Below, piece after piece: positions 26,160 to 37,779 of a DNA stretch of 64,000 nt. Below the pieces are notes generated by a model. That model had not been told where the DNA came from and did not search any database. It worked only from the letters and a program-made list of their open reading frames with translations. Both the position numbers and the translations under genes were made by a program. The DNA comes from Octopus vulgaris (taxonomy: Eukaryota): positions 75,454,001 to 75,518,000 of the forward strand of contig OX597825.1 in the NCBI GenBank assembly GCA_951406725.2, in the 5' to 3' direction. The stretch's first letter is position 1. Each line of letters begins with the position of its first letter.

Positions 26160-26921
26160 AAAATGGATATATAAGTAATATTATTTTTAAATGGCTGAAG
26201 TAGTTATGATGCTAAGCGTTAAAGAATTTTGGACAAATAATTTTAGGGTTGATGTACTGAATGATGTAGATAAAAAAGTTCTTTATTTGAAATTTTGTGT
26301 TTAGATGGAGAAACTAAAGGAAATTCTAGTTGTATTTGTTAGTGACTCTCAAGGGAAAGGGGTGATAAATTTAATAAGTTTTAATGAATAAAGTCATGTG
26401 AAATGGTTGAACAGACATGTAAATAAGTTTAAAAGGAAAATAATCTTCAATGAAGTTTTTTGTGAAAAATTGCACAAATCTGTCCTGATCAAGAGGTCTA
26501 TCTGTCGGGGAAGGCATGGTCTGACATGGAATAAATAAAAAACTATATGAGACATTCTGTTGTAAAAATTGCCTGACAATGATGGGCTATTCAGCAAGTG
26601 TATATTTATATACATATATATATATGGAGATGACACTCCATTAGTTATGACGACGAGGGTCCCAGATGGTCTGCTCAATGGAACAGCCTGCTTGTGAAAT
26701 TAACTGCATGTAGCTGAGCACTCCACAGACACGTTTACCCTTATAACATGGTTCTCAGGAAGATTCAGCATGACATAGAGTGTGGCAAGGCTGGCCCTTT
26801 GACATACGGGTACAATTCATTGAGACTATATTTTTTTTGTGCCTGTAAAATGCAGCCATCAATAAACTAACAACACAGACATCTTGTGTATGTATTCGAC
26901 TTTGTTTATATACATATATTC

Positions 26922-26954
<33 letters not shown>

Positions 26955-26955
<1 letters not shown>

Positions 26956-27512
26956 GTGGTGGGTGGTCCCTCGTTATCGAGTATGGCCATTGCATGAAGC
27001 TTAATCAATGTTGTTATCATGCAATGCCTGTGCAAGAAGATTTTTTTTAAAGTGAAGAAAGGCTGTGCACTGAGTCAATCCCACTCACTAAGCAACAGCA
27101 GCCATAATCCGAAAAGAAGAACAAGTCAACATTCATCGATAACCACTGAGCCGCAGGTTTTATGTCGGAGTTATCCCAGTTACCTGAGTTACCTTCTCCT
27201 AGAAAGGATGCCCTAACAAAGGCTGGGAGTCCTTCACTCCCAATGGTTTAACCGCGCGATCGGGTATTCAGTCCGATTATTTCTATGTCGCCGCGCATGA
27301 TACAGCCTTAAGACATTTATTGGATGGCCGTTGACTCTCAAGAGTTCCTCTGCCCTTTCACGGGTTTTGTTTTTCATCCCGCAGGGTGTCCAATAAACAC
27401 CCTCCTCACCAAGCAAGCTTGGTGGGGTTGCCGGTTTAGTCGCCGACGACCTGACCATGCAACAGGTTGTACTGGGTTACATGTTACCAATAGCACTCGA
27501 AGTGACCTGACA
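26955..27512 (-). mobile_element. CpG-rich non-coding repeat, probably a non-autonomous RTE-derived element
   Basis: Minus strand has GGGCATCCTTTCTAGGAGAAGGTAACTC (resembles RTE 5' region) and ends ...ATACTCGATAACGAGGGACCACC (resembles RTE 3' ends); GC and CpG content well above background. Confidence 0.5.
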
Positions 27513-27550
27513 TAATACACATACATCATACATATATAGGAGGAGGAGGA

Positions 27551-27885
27551 GGAGACCCCCTTTGGTCATGAATGACCATGGGATTGCACCTAGAAAGTTA
27601 CATTCCGAGGCACAAGTCTGGGCAAGGTTTTTTTTAATGGAAGGCCAGCAGTCGCCCATGCATACCAGCCTCCCCTCTCCACGTCACTGATGTTATCCAA
27701 GGGAAAGGCAAAGGGTCCGATACAGCTTGGCACCAGTGATGTCGCAACTCATTTCTACAGCTGAGTGAACTGGAGCTACGTGAAATAAAGTGTCTTGCTC
27801 AAGAACACAACACGCAGCCCAGTCCTAGAATCGCACTCACAACCTCTCGATTGCAAACTCTACGCTCTAACCACTGAGTCATGTA
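27551..27885 (-). mobile_element. tRNA-derived SINE (family C)
   Basis: Minus-strand head CATGACTCAGTGGTTAGAGCG...GTGAGTGCGATTCTAGGACTGGG, then CTTGAGCAAGACACTTTATTTCAC...CTCCAGTTCACTCAGCTGTAGAAATGAG. Confidence 0.7.
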
Positions 27886-27989
27886 ATGGCCTTGTAATGT
27901 TTGAAGCATGACAACTACTTCAGCCACTATTTTCTCTCGCAGTAAACAGAATTTCAAGGAATATATACATATATATATATATATATATG

Positions 27990-28104
27990 GAAAAATGAAT
28001 AGAAATGCCTATTCAGACAATTTTCCACTTTGATAATTAACTGTCTAAACATCTAATTATTAAAGTGGAAAAATGATCAGAAAAGGCATTTCTATTCAAT
28101 TTTT
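27990..28104. repeat. Imperfect fold-back hairpin (~50-bp arms)
   Basis: AAAAATGAATAGAAATGCCT...TTTTCCACTTTGATAATTA is mirrored by TAATTATTAAAGTGGAAAA...AGGCATTTCTATTCAATTTTT. Confidence 0.8.
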
Positions 28105-28148
28105 TGAATATAAAATACCAAGGACTTTCTATTTCTTATTCTACTATA

Positions 28149-29411
28149 TTGGGTCATCCCATAAATAATGTGGTTTTTTCAGTTCCATGAACTGAAAGTC
28201 GGAGGTGGGGAGACAGGATAAACTACCTGCGCCAACTTGCTATAAAAGTAAGTAGTAATTTTACTTTGTCCTTATTCTTAGTGCAAGTTTTGAAGAGTGC
28301 AATTTGATTTTAACAGATATTTTTACAGAGCTATAATTGAAGTGACAAAGGAGCATATTTGGTATATTTTACTTTATGAGTTCAATAAAGGCAAATATGG
28401 AGTAGAAACTGCAAGGAATATTAATGCAGTATATGGGGACTGTACAGCAAGCATAAGCCAGTGTCAATGGTAACTCCGGAAACTAAAACCTAGAAGATGA
28501 GCCTCATCCTGAAAGATCTGTAGAGCTCAATGAGGATGTTCTGCAAACCCCAGTGGAAAAAAATCCCAGTGTAGCTGTTGAGGAACTAGCAGAGTAGCTT
28601 ATTTTTGGTCATTCAACCATTCATCAACACCTGCTGCTATCAGAAAAGTCAGTAAATTGGGCCAACAGGTTCCCCACAAACTTTCCAAGTTTAATCCCAT
28701 GCAGAGAGTGAATGTGTGCTTTTCTTTGCTGTCAAGTCTCAAGAATGAACTGCTTTTGGACCGAATAGTGACTAGGGATGAGAAATGGTTTCTCTATAAA
28801 AACGTTGAGTGCCAATGACAGTGGGTAGGGAAAGGAGAAACACCGGCACCATAAGCAAAAGAAGGTCTTCATACATGTAAGGTGTTGTTATCTGTTTGAT
28901 GGGATATAAAAGGTTTAGTCCACTTTGAACTTTTAAACCCAAACCAAATGATGACAAAGGAGATCTAATGTGAGCAGCTTGAGTGGCTTAAATCAGCACT
29001 AGACGTAAATCAACCATCTTTGGTTTCAAAATGAAAGGTGTCCTTCTATCAGGATAATGTTCAGTTACATACTGTGAGGATAACATTCCAGTTTGAATGG
29101 AAAACGATGCCCCACCCACCATATTTGCTGGATATTGCCCAATTTAATTATCATTTATTCTGCAGTCATTAAAATCATTTGAACAGAAAAAAATGAATTC
29201 TGTAGATGAGGTCAGAACAGTACTTGAGGAGTATTTTTCATCACAGACAAGTGAATTTTGGAAGAGGTGCCTTGCAAGTCTACCAGATACACGAAAGTGC
29301 ATTGTAGAAAATGAAGGAGAGTATATGTTGGACTAAAAAAGAACTTTGTTTATTTTAATTTTGAAAAATGAAAGAAGTATAAAAGAAAGCACATTATTTA
29401 TGGGATGACCC

Positions 29412-29413
<2 letters not shown>
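28149..29413 (+). mobile_element. Near full-length degenerate mariner transposon
   Basis: TIRs TTGGGTCATCCCATAAATAATGTG / CACATTATTTATGGGATGACCCAA; TA on the left; transposase relic motifs EHIWYILLYEFNKG, RIVTRDEKWFLY (first catalytic D), HPPYLLDIAQFNYHLF (YSPDLAP-like); many stops. Confidence 0.92.
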
Positions 29414-29458
<45 letters not shown>

Positions 29459-29765
29459 ATTCTTGTTGCCACTTTAGCATGGCTGTTCCATACAGAGCTA
29501 TATTACTACATTTTAACTCCAGGAAAATATCTTTTCCAGCTGGTTTACAACACACAACCTGTGTCTGATATATCATGTGTAAGGGAACGAACCACTCTCC
29601 TCCAGCATGGAAAGACCTGTAGACCAGAACTGGTTTCAGAGTCTTACCCTTCCTCAGTCCTGTCAGATGACAGTCATTCATCCCTGTTTACAATATATAA
29701 ACAAATAAGTGACAATCTGCCATTGATCTTCCAACAAGCAAATTTGCTAGTTCTAAAATATCTAT

Positions 29766-29805
<40 letters not shown>

Positions 29806-30010
29806 ATCCAAACATGAAAACACAAAGAGAAAACACAACAATGCGAGGACGTGGAACAAATATAGTATTATTGGATGCTCAAGAAGAAAGGGAAGAAGGA
29901 GGGTTTAACGTTTCGAGCGGAGCTCTTCGTCGGAAACATAGGAGAAAGAAAGATCCAGAGAAGAGAAGACAGAGGAAAAAAAATCGTCAACAGCACACAT
30001 GCGGTCACAT

Positions 30011-30042
<32 letters not shown>

Positions 30043-30350
30043 CACGCACATATTCTTTCAGTTTCTGTTTATCAAATCCACTCAGAAGTCTCTGGTCAGG
30101 GCAGAGCTATAGTAGAAGACACTTGTCTAAGATGCTCTTCAGTGGCATTGAACCAGCAACCACATGGCTGCAATGTGAGTTTTCTGAGTACACAGTCGTG
30201 CCTGTGTATTTCTAATGTATATGCATTAAAAGTGGAGTGGAGTACATTGAAAAACTATTGGGAACAGAAATGGAGTGCTATTTAGAATAATTTGAAAAAC
30301 ACTGCTCTAGTGCATTTGGTGCCAAACTACCAGAGATACTTTGCATACAA

Positions 30351-31240
30351 TATGAGGGGTACCCAAAAGTAACTGGAAATGTTCTCTGCAGGACAAGCCC
30401 ATTGTATTTCAGGTTTTCACTGCTAGAAGCCACGTGATGCAAACCCTCAGGCTTCAGTCTGCCAACTAGCATTGTCTGCTAAGGTCATACTGCAATGTGG
30501 TGCTTCTTCGTTTTGCAGTTCTTCTCCCCTGTCTGTCACTTTCTCTGATGCCTGAAATGAAGGACCAGCCTGATTCCTTGAAATTCTGCTTACTGCTGGA
30601 GAAAATAGTGGCTGAAGTAGTTGTCATGCTTCAAGCAGCTTACAAGGCCACTGCCACGAACAAAACACAAGTTTATGAGTGGCTTTCATGCTTTAGGGAT
30701 GATCACTTGTCCCTTGAGGAACAATCTCATCCAAGACGACCATCAACGTCCCAAATGAATGAAAACATCAAGAAAATTCATGAACTGATCTTGGAGAACC
30801 ATCAATGAAATATTGACAAACTTGTTGATATTATTTGTGTATCCTGGAGCTGAAGCTAACAAATTTTGAGTGGGGAGTTACGAATGAAAAGAGTTGCAGC
30901 AAAATTTGTGGATCAAAAGCATTCCCGACTGAATGTGTGTCGTGAACTGAAAGAAGAGTTAGAAGCTGATTTTGATCTTTTTGCAAAGATCATCACAGGT
31001 AACAAAAGCTGGTCCAACAGAATTTGCAGATGTGGAAGAAGTGAAGAAAAATGATGGTGGCATTAAAACGCATCTCTTTGCATCAGTTCCAGCACTGCTT
31101 CAAACAGTGGAAAATGCATCTGGACTGATGTATTGCTTCAGATGGAGAATACTTTGAAGGAAATAAAAGTGTAAACATGTAAAACTAAGTGAATAAAATA
31201 ATATTGTAAAATTCTGGCTTCTTTTGGGTACCTCCTTGTA
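30351..31240 (+). mobile_element. Internally deleted mariner element (second subfamily)
   Basis: TIRs TATGAGGGGTACCCAAAAG / CTTTTGGGTACCTCCTTGTA; ORF 30497..30808 carries a mariner HTH (KTQVYEWLSCFRD...LEEQSHPRRPSTS...NIKKIHELI); IITGNKSW is a relic of the first catalytic motif. Confidence 0.85.
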
Positions 31241-31459
31241 TATATGTGTGATTATTCAAAGTTTTAATGACTCTCCTTCCATGGTTTGGTATATAAATAA
31301 ATAAATAACTTTGAAATGAAAAGAACTGTAATAAATCTATGGTGGAAAAGCCAAGAAAAAAATGGTTTTCACTCATTATAAAACAATTATCCTTTTAAAT
31401 TTATTAATTTTGAAATTTTGTTGCCATTAACATCAAGTTTTTTTTCTATTACTTTCTAG

Positions 31460-31662
31460 GGACACAATGGAACCTTGAAGTTATACGTAGTGAGACAAAT
31501 GACAAACGCAGGTTTCCTTTTGAAATAAAGCCTCATGGTGAAAAATATATTACTATTAGAAAGAATTCTAAAACATCAAATAAATCATTCTTCCTTCCAA
31601 GGGAAATGAATAGAAAGTCAAAAATAGAGTTGACTACAGGAAAATTTTGGTCAAATACAGTT
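31460..31662 (+). CDS. Novel receptor exon 4 (repeat 2, first part: WTQWNLEVIRSE...ELTTGKFWSNTV)
   Basis: TTTTTCTATTACTTTCTAG acceptor; 203 nt open (absent from the ORF track for lack of a start codon); GTAAGT donor; phase 1 to 0. Confidence 0.85.
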
Positions 31663-32304
31663 GTAAGTAAACCCTTTATTTTCTCTCATTTAGAAACACG
31701 TATAACTGGTTCACTTGACTTCAAAGTATTACTTGTTTTCAGGGTTTCTGGATTTGAGTAAATGAAATACATTATATACATGTATGCACATACATAATTC
31801 AGAAAAACATACAGATGCATATTGATAATTTCTTTTTATAAAGCAGGTGGTTTGAATGAATGACTCACTCTTCTGTGTTCACTTCATGCCAGGTTTAAAT
31901 TTAACATTTATCCTTTTTGTTGTTTAGCAAAATGAATAATAGCAAAATGCTTTTTCAAGTCTGTATTCTCAATCCTAAAATCTGTTTCTTTTTTCTTGAT
32001 CAAAAGAAGCATCATTAATTATGCCTTTTCGTGCTATGTTAACATGTTGAAATATTGGTTTCACATAGTGGCACAAGGCCAGCAATTTCAGGGGAGGTGG
32101 TAAGTCGATTAAATCAACTCTATTGCTCTTACTTATTTCATCAAACCTGAAAGGAAGAAAGGCAAAGTTGACATCAGTGGAATTTGAACTCAGAGCATAA
32201 GATGGATGAAATGTAGGTACCGGTTTCCATCACTACCTCTGTGATGACAAGACCAGGCTCACTCCTTGCTGCCATCATCTGTGGATTAATATAGTTCCTT
32301 TATC

Positions 32305-34600
32305 ACCATCATCATTTAGCATATGTTGTCCATGCTGGCATGGGTTGGATGGTTTGATCAGGGCTGGTAAGCTGGAAGGCTGCACCAGACACCAATATGA
32401 TTTGGCATGATTTCTACAGTTGGATGCCCTTCCTAATGCCAACCACTCTGAGAGTGTAATGGGTGCTTTTACATGCCACGGGCATGGGTGCCATTTGCAT
32501 GACACCAGTATCTGCCATGATATAATGTCAAAGTTCTTGGTCATTGCCTCTGTGAAGCCCAACACTCGAAATGAACTCAGCCACTTTGCTTCTGTGTGGC
32601 TTAATGCTTGAATGAAACTCAGCCACTTTGCCCCTGTCAGGCCCAATGCCTAAAAGGTGTTCTGTACTTTCCACCAGCACAGGTTCCAGTTACATGACAC
32701 CAGTATCAGCTAAGACTACAATTTCACTTGTCTTGACAGGTCTTCAAACACAGCATATCACCAAAGGTCTCGGTCACAAATCATTGCCTCTGTGAGGCCC
32801 AAAGTTCAAAGGTCGTGCTTCACCACTTCGTCTCATGTTTTCCTTGGTCTACCTCTACCACAGGTTCCCTCCATAGTCAGAGATCAGCACTTCTTTATGC
32901 AGCTGTTCTCATCCATATGCATCACATGACCATACCAGTGCAGCCATCCCTCTTGCACACCACATCTGATGCTTCTTATGCCTAACTTTTCTCTCAAGTT
33001 GCTTACACTCTGTCAAACATGCACACTAACATTGCACATCCAGTGAAGCATACTGGCTTCATTTCTTTCAAGCCTATGCAGTCCTATTTACAATATGGGT
33101 GACTAGATCATGACCAACACCACTAGATATTTTAAGCATCTCAGCAGCCAATTCCTGGTGGTCTGGAGGCTTTCCATGCCTTCATATCCCTAATTGATTT
33201 ATCCACCAAGTAACTGTCAAATCAGGTAGCTGGTACCTGAATTGGATTAACATTTGGCGGACTCTCCTCCCATTCACTCTCCACATTCAGCAGTCTTTCA
33301 TAATGACATTTCCAAGCCTCTTTCTTAGCAGAATCATTAAATGCAAGTGCACCATCATCCATGTGGACACATTTCTCTCCTGTGACATCATGATTTTCTC
33401 TTACACACTGTCTTGCAATCCGAAACACTTTAGTTCTTTGGTCCTCACATCACTGAACATAGGCAAATTTCTTTTCTGCTTCTCCCCTGACTTGATATAT
33501 CTGTCCTCTAGTTTCCCTTCTGGTAGTCTGATACAGTTACCTGCTAACCCCACTCTTCCAGGTTTTCCAGGCCTGTTTCTTTGCTCTGATGACCTTGTCT
33601 ACTGCATTCTTCCACCATGACGTTACCCTAGGCCTGGATGGGACTTTGCACCAGCCACAAATTTGGTCTGTTGCACTCTGCAAGCTGCCCCACAGGAATT
33701 CCCAGTAGCCCGCTATGTCACAAGTCTGTAGCTCCTCCTCCCTCTCATCAAATTTCTTAATTAAGATGTCCCTAAATCTCTGACCATGTGAGGGATTCAA
33801 AAACTTCCAAATCCTTCTTTTCCAGATTGTTCTGCTTCTTGGCATCCTTCTGGCCTGGAGTCTAAAATCACTAATGACTAGTCTGTGCCTGTGGGTACAT
33901 TCTTCCCCAGGGAGGGTCTTTGTGTTTAAGAGCAACCATGCATCCCACTGTCTGGTGAGAATGTAATCAATCTGGCAAGCACAGTCCCCTGATTGGTAGG
34001 TTACCAGGTGGCTAGCTGGCTTCCTGAAGTTGGTGTTGCATATCAATAGGTCATTTGCATCCCAGAACTCCAGTAGCCTTGTTCCTTCTTCATTTTGGGG
34101 ACTAATTCCATGGCCTCATGGACACCATGGAAGATACCAGTCTGCTGTCCAGCATGCCAATTGAAATCCCCAGCCACAAAGCTGAGATCATTGTCACTCA
34201 TCTTTGAGGTCGCCTACAGAATAGTTTCATAAAAGTGGTACTTCTGTTCATTTGGTAGGCCTGCTTGTGGGGCATAGGTAGAGATAATTGTCGCTGTACT
34301 ATTATGCAAGACTAGCTTTAGCTTAAGCACTCTATCATACACTCTGACTACCTCTATGACATTATCCACCCATTTCTCAGCAAGAAGTATGCCCACACTA
34401 CCTACCCCATCACTGTTACCTTCCCAGAAGATTTCACACCTATGTGTCTTACCTGTGAGGAATCTGGCTGAAGCTCCTCTCCATCTTACCTCTTGGATGC
34501 AGCATACATCAACATGCTGCCATTCAAGCATCTCAACAATCTCACTAGACCTCTTCAATGTGTTTTCACTGACAGTGCCAACTCTGAAAACTGGGAATGG
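32305..34600 (-). mobile_element. Internally deleted RTE LINE: AP-endonuclease domain, linker, 3' end and tail
   Basis: ORF 34214..34558 (VDVCCIQEVRWRG...GVGSVGIL...IISTYAPQAG) and ORF 33537..34046 (NTNFRKPASHLVTY...QIDYIL) are APE motifs; most of the RT is missing after a junction near 33085-33100; 3' UTR and tail at 32305-32800. Confidence 0.9.
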
Positions 34601-35011
34601 AATGTGAGAGAGAACATGGGAAGGAGTGATGGTGTTGTTTAATTTTCTTAATAAGTAAAGAATCTGAACAGCTCAGCTCCTGTAAACATGGTCTTGTTTG
34701 ATTATTTATAAGGCCATCAATATATGAAAGAATATTTCAGTTGAAGTAGAGATAGAATTGCTGAGTTGATGGCTAAGTTAAGTATTTCTCACCTTTGTAA
34801 TTGCTGGATCAAGAACAAATTGTCACCTATCTAAACCCATGTAATTCCCAGATAGGACTTAGGTCTGGATGGAACTTTGCATCAGCCACAGATTTAGTTT
34901 GTGGCACTCTGCAGGCTGTCCTGCAGGATCTCCCAGTAGCCCTCTATGTCACAAGTCTGTTGCTCCTCTCTCTCATTAATTTTGTTGTTTTTCCTTTTAC
35001 TTTTGCTTTAG

Positions 35012-35105
35012 GTCAACCTGAAGAATATGGAAACTTCCAGCATATACTCCTGCATGTATACTCTTAATCAAAGTACTTATTATCATGAATGTTCATTGAC
35101 AAATA
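35012..35105 (+). CDS. Novel receptor exon 5 (VNLKNMETSSIYSCMYTLNQSTYYHECSLTN)
   Basis: Long pyrimidine tract plus TAG acceptor; 94 nt; GTAAGT donor; phase 0 to 1. Confidence 0.85.
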
Positions 35106-36503
35106 GTAAGTTGATAAAAGATATTTCTTATTTCACTTTGTTAGAAATTATGAAATAGTTCTGCTTTGCTGCCTCTGTGGCTTTTACCAGATGTTGTTGT
35201 TAAGAAGGAGAGAGAGCAAAATGAATATTAAATGACCCATGCTATTGTACTGATATTACTATCAAGAGTTAAATCTTCCCATCACCAATACCAGATTTCA
35301 AACCAGATATAGAAAATTAGTCTCTTTACATCAGATTTAAAATGAAAAACACCACTTGTATGATGGTGGTGCTTATTTACAACTATTGTTCAGACAAGGA
35401 GACACAAGCACCCTTTCCACATACACATGACAGGTTTCTTTCAAAATCTGTCCACCAAATCCACTGTCAAGTTTTGCTCAGCCAGAAGATACATACCCAA
35501 GGTGCCACACAGATAGCCTTTCTCAAATCTGAACCTGGAAAGATTAAGTTTAAAAGTAAAAATCCACAGATGAAAAATAATACTATACTTGGTAATACTG
35601 ACCTGAGTCATTTTACTCTATTGCAACACATACTGACATTTTTCCAGCCAGTCGTTTGACATCAGTTTATGAGAGAAAGAGACAGACACAAAGAAAATCT
35701 TAATTTTTGCACCTAAAGGCATCATGGATTATTCTAAAATGCTTTGGTGGGTTCATAAAAATCTTGGAACTTAGTTCTCTACATAGACCTTTCTTGTTAC
35801 ACTAGAAGCCTTGTGTCTTTAGATATTCCCTCAACTTTCGCTTTAAGAAATTATTCTAATTGTAACTAACAACTATGCTCTGATTTATACGAGATATTCT
35901 TGCTATCATCTTTTAACATATTCATTATTCATTATACATTATTCATTATTTCTCATATAACATGAAATGTACAATGTACAAACAACAAATTGTACATTAT
36001 ATATATTACAAATGTTTAATGTTATTAATAAATACTGTTGATGATAATTCTTTCTTTTATTAATTAACCAACTCATTAAACATAATTTAACTATAAATGC
36101 TAGAACTACCATTTCTTTATTTCTTAATTCATTTGATAGAAACCTGCCTGAAACTAATCCAAGTTCTATGAAACAAATTCTTTTTTTTTTTTAAGTGATC
36201 TAAATTAATTCCTTTAATCAAAATTCCATGTCGACTTATATTCCAAACATCAGCTTAAAAGTAACATAAATTCTTCATTAATCTCTAAATTAATTGAAAC
36301 CAAGACATTATTTTCCAACAGAAATATTGTAACAAAAAGGTTAATGTTAAGAAAATCAATCATCTTCTGTTGTGGAATTACTCAGATCTCAAAATGTCAA
36401 CTAATTCACCTTTTTTTTTACAGCACATTTCTTTTGTTAATGTACCACAACTACTATACCGTCTTTTCTATTACTTTTTAAAATTTTCTTCTTTCTTCTC
36501 TAG

Positions 36504-36727
36504 ATTCAACGTGGAGAATAGAACTAACTTCTAATTCCGAGCAAATTAATAGTATGGAAATGACATTAAATTTTCACGTGCCTGAGAGAGAAGGTTATCG
36601 ACATCTAACATTCAAAAGGCTTGTTTATCTCCCCAAATTCTTTGCTGTTACCAGTTACGAAAATATCAGCACTGGTGTGGTTAAAGTATCCTTTGGAGAT
36701 AATATCAAATCTATGGACATATCCAAA
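36504..36727 (+). CDS. Novel receptor exon 6 (repeat 3, first part: NSTWRIELTSNS...GDNIKSMDISK)
   Basis: TTTTCTTCTTTCTTCTCTAG acceptor; 224 nt open (overlaps ORF 36554..36775); GTGAGA donor; phase 1 to 0. Confidence 0.85.
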
Positions 36728-37779
36728 GTGAGAATTTTTACTTTCTTGAATTCTGTGATTGTATTTTTATTTTAATTATTTGTTTACTTATTTATTGTAA
36801 TTGTTGCTACTGTTATTGTTGTTGTTAAAGTTCTGGTCAGCCTTGATTGAGAAAACTTTGGGTTAGAGACATTCCAGGAATGGCCATCATGTTTTCCCAA
36901 ATGCATTCATCCAAGACTTTCATTCACTTAGTCCTTCTTTCTAAGACAGTAGGGTGTTATTCAAAGAAGATTTGGCATCTATTTCTTGCAAGTCAACTTA
37001 TTACAAAGATGCTTCCCCTCATTAACTGGAGTTATTTTGTATGTGTATCAGTGAGTGTTTGTGCATGTGTGTATGTGTTTCTCTCTATGTGTGTGTGTGT
37101 GTGTGTGTGTGCGCGCACGCGCGTGTGTGTGTGTGTGCATGTGTATATGTTTATAAATGTGTCTACATTTGTAGGGACCTTGCTTGGCTCTGTCTGTGAT
37201 TCAAAAGTGAATCCACTCACTCGTTGCTTGTCAAACAAACCTGAAATCCCTTTGTGTTTGCATCTCTTACTCTGGATGATTAATGGGAAACACTCAAACT
37301 TGCTGGTCACTAAAGGGTCAGTCCTTTGTTTAGGATTTGACCTACACATGTTTATATATGTATGTATGTATGTATGTTCATATATCCATATACATACGTA
37401 TGTACGTACATACACATGTACATACATACATATGCACAGACATACGCATACATACATATAGTGGACTCTCCTGTCATAGAAAACAAATGAGTGATCTGCA
37501 ATTCATTTCTTGCTGAACAATTTGCACAGATGATCTGTTTATAGTTATCAAATGTTTGTGCAGTACATGAGCACACTCCCTCCATAAACCCGATGTTGCC
37601 TTTACAGGTGCACATTGTGCTACACATAAGACATCAAAGTAATCATAGTGCTATGTGATTTGCTCAAGAACATAAGCATCACCTGATCCAGGAATTGAAA
37701 CCTCGATTTCATGATAGTGAGTGCAGCATCCTATCCACTTGGCCACACAGTTTCATGTATACAACCTGTATAAGAGTGT

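Noticed and set aside
36847-37461. 204-aa ORF
   Set aside because: Crosses (GT)n and (TATG)n microsatellites within a receptor intron; low complexity, no motifs.
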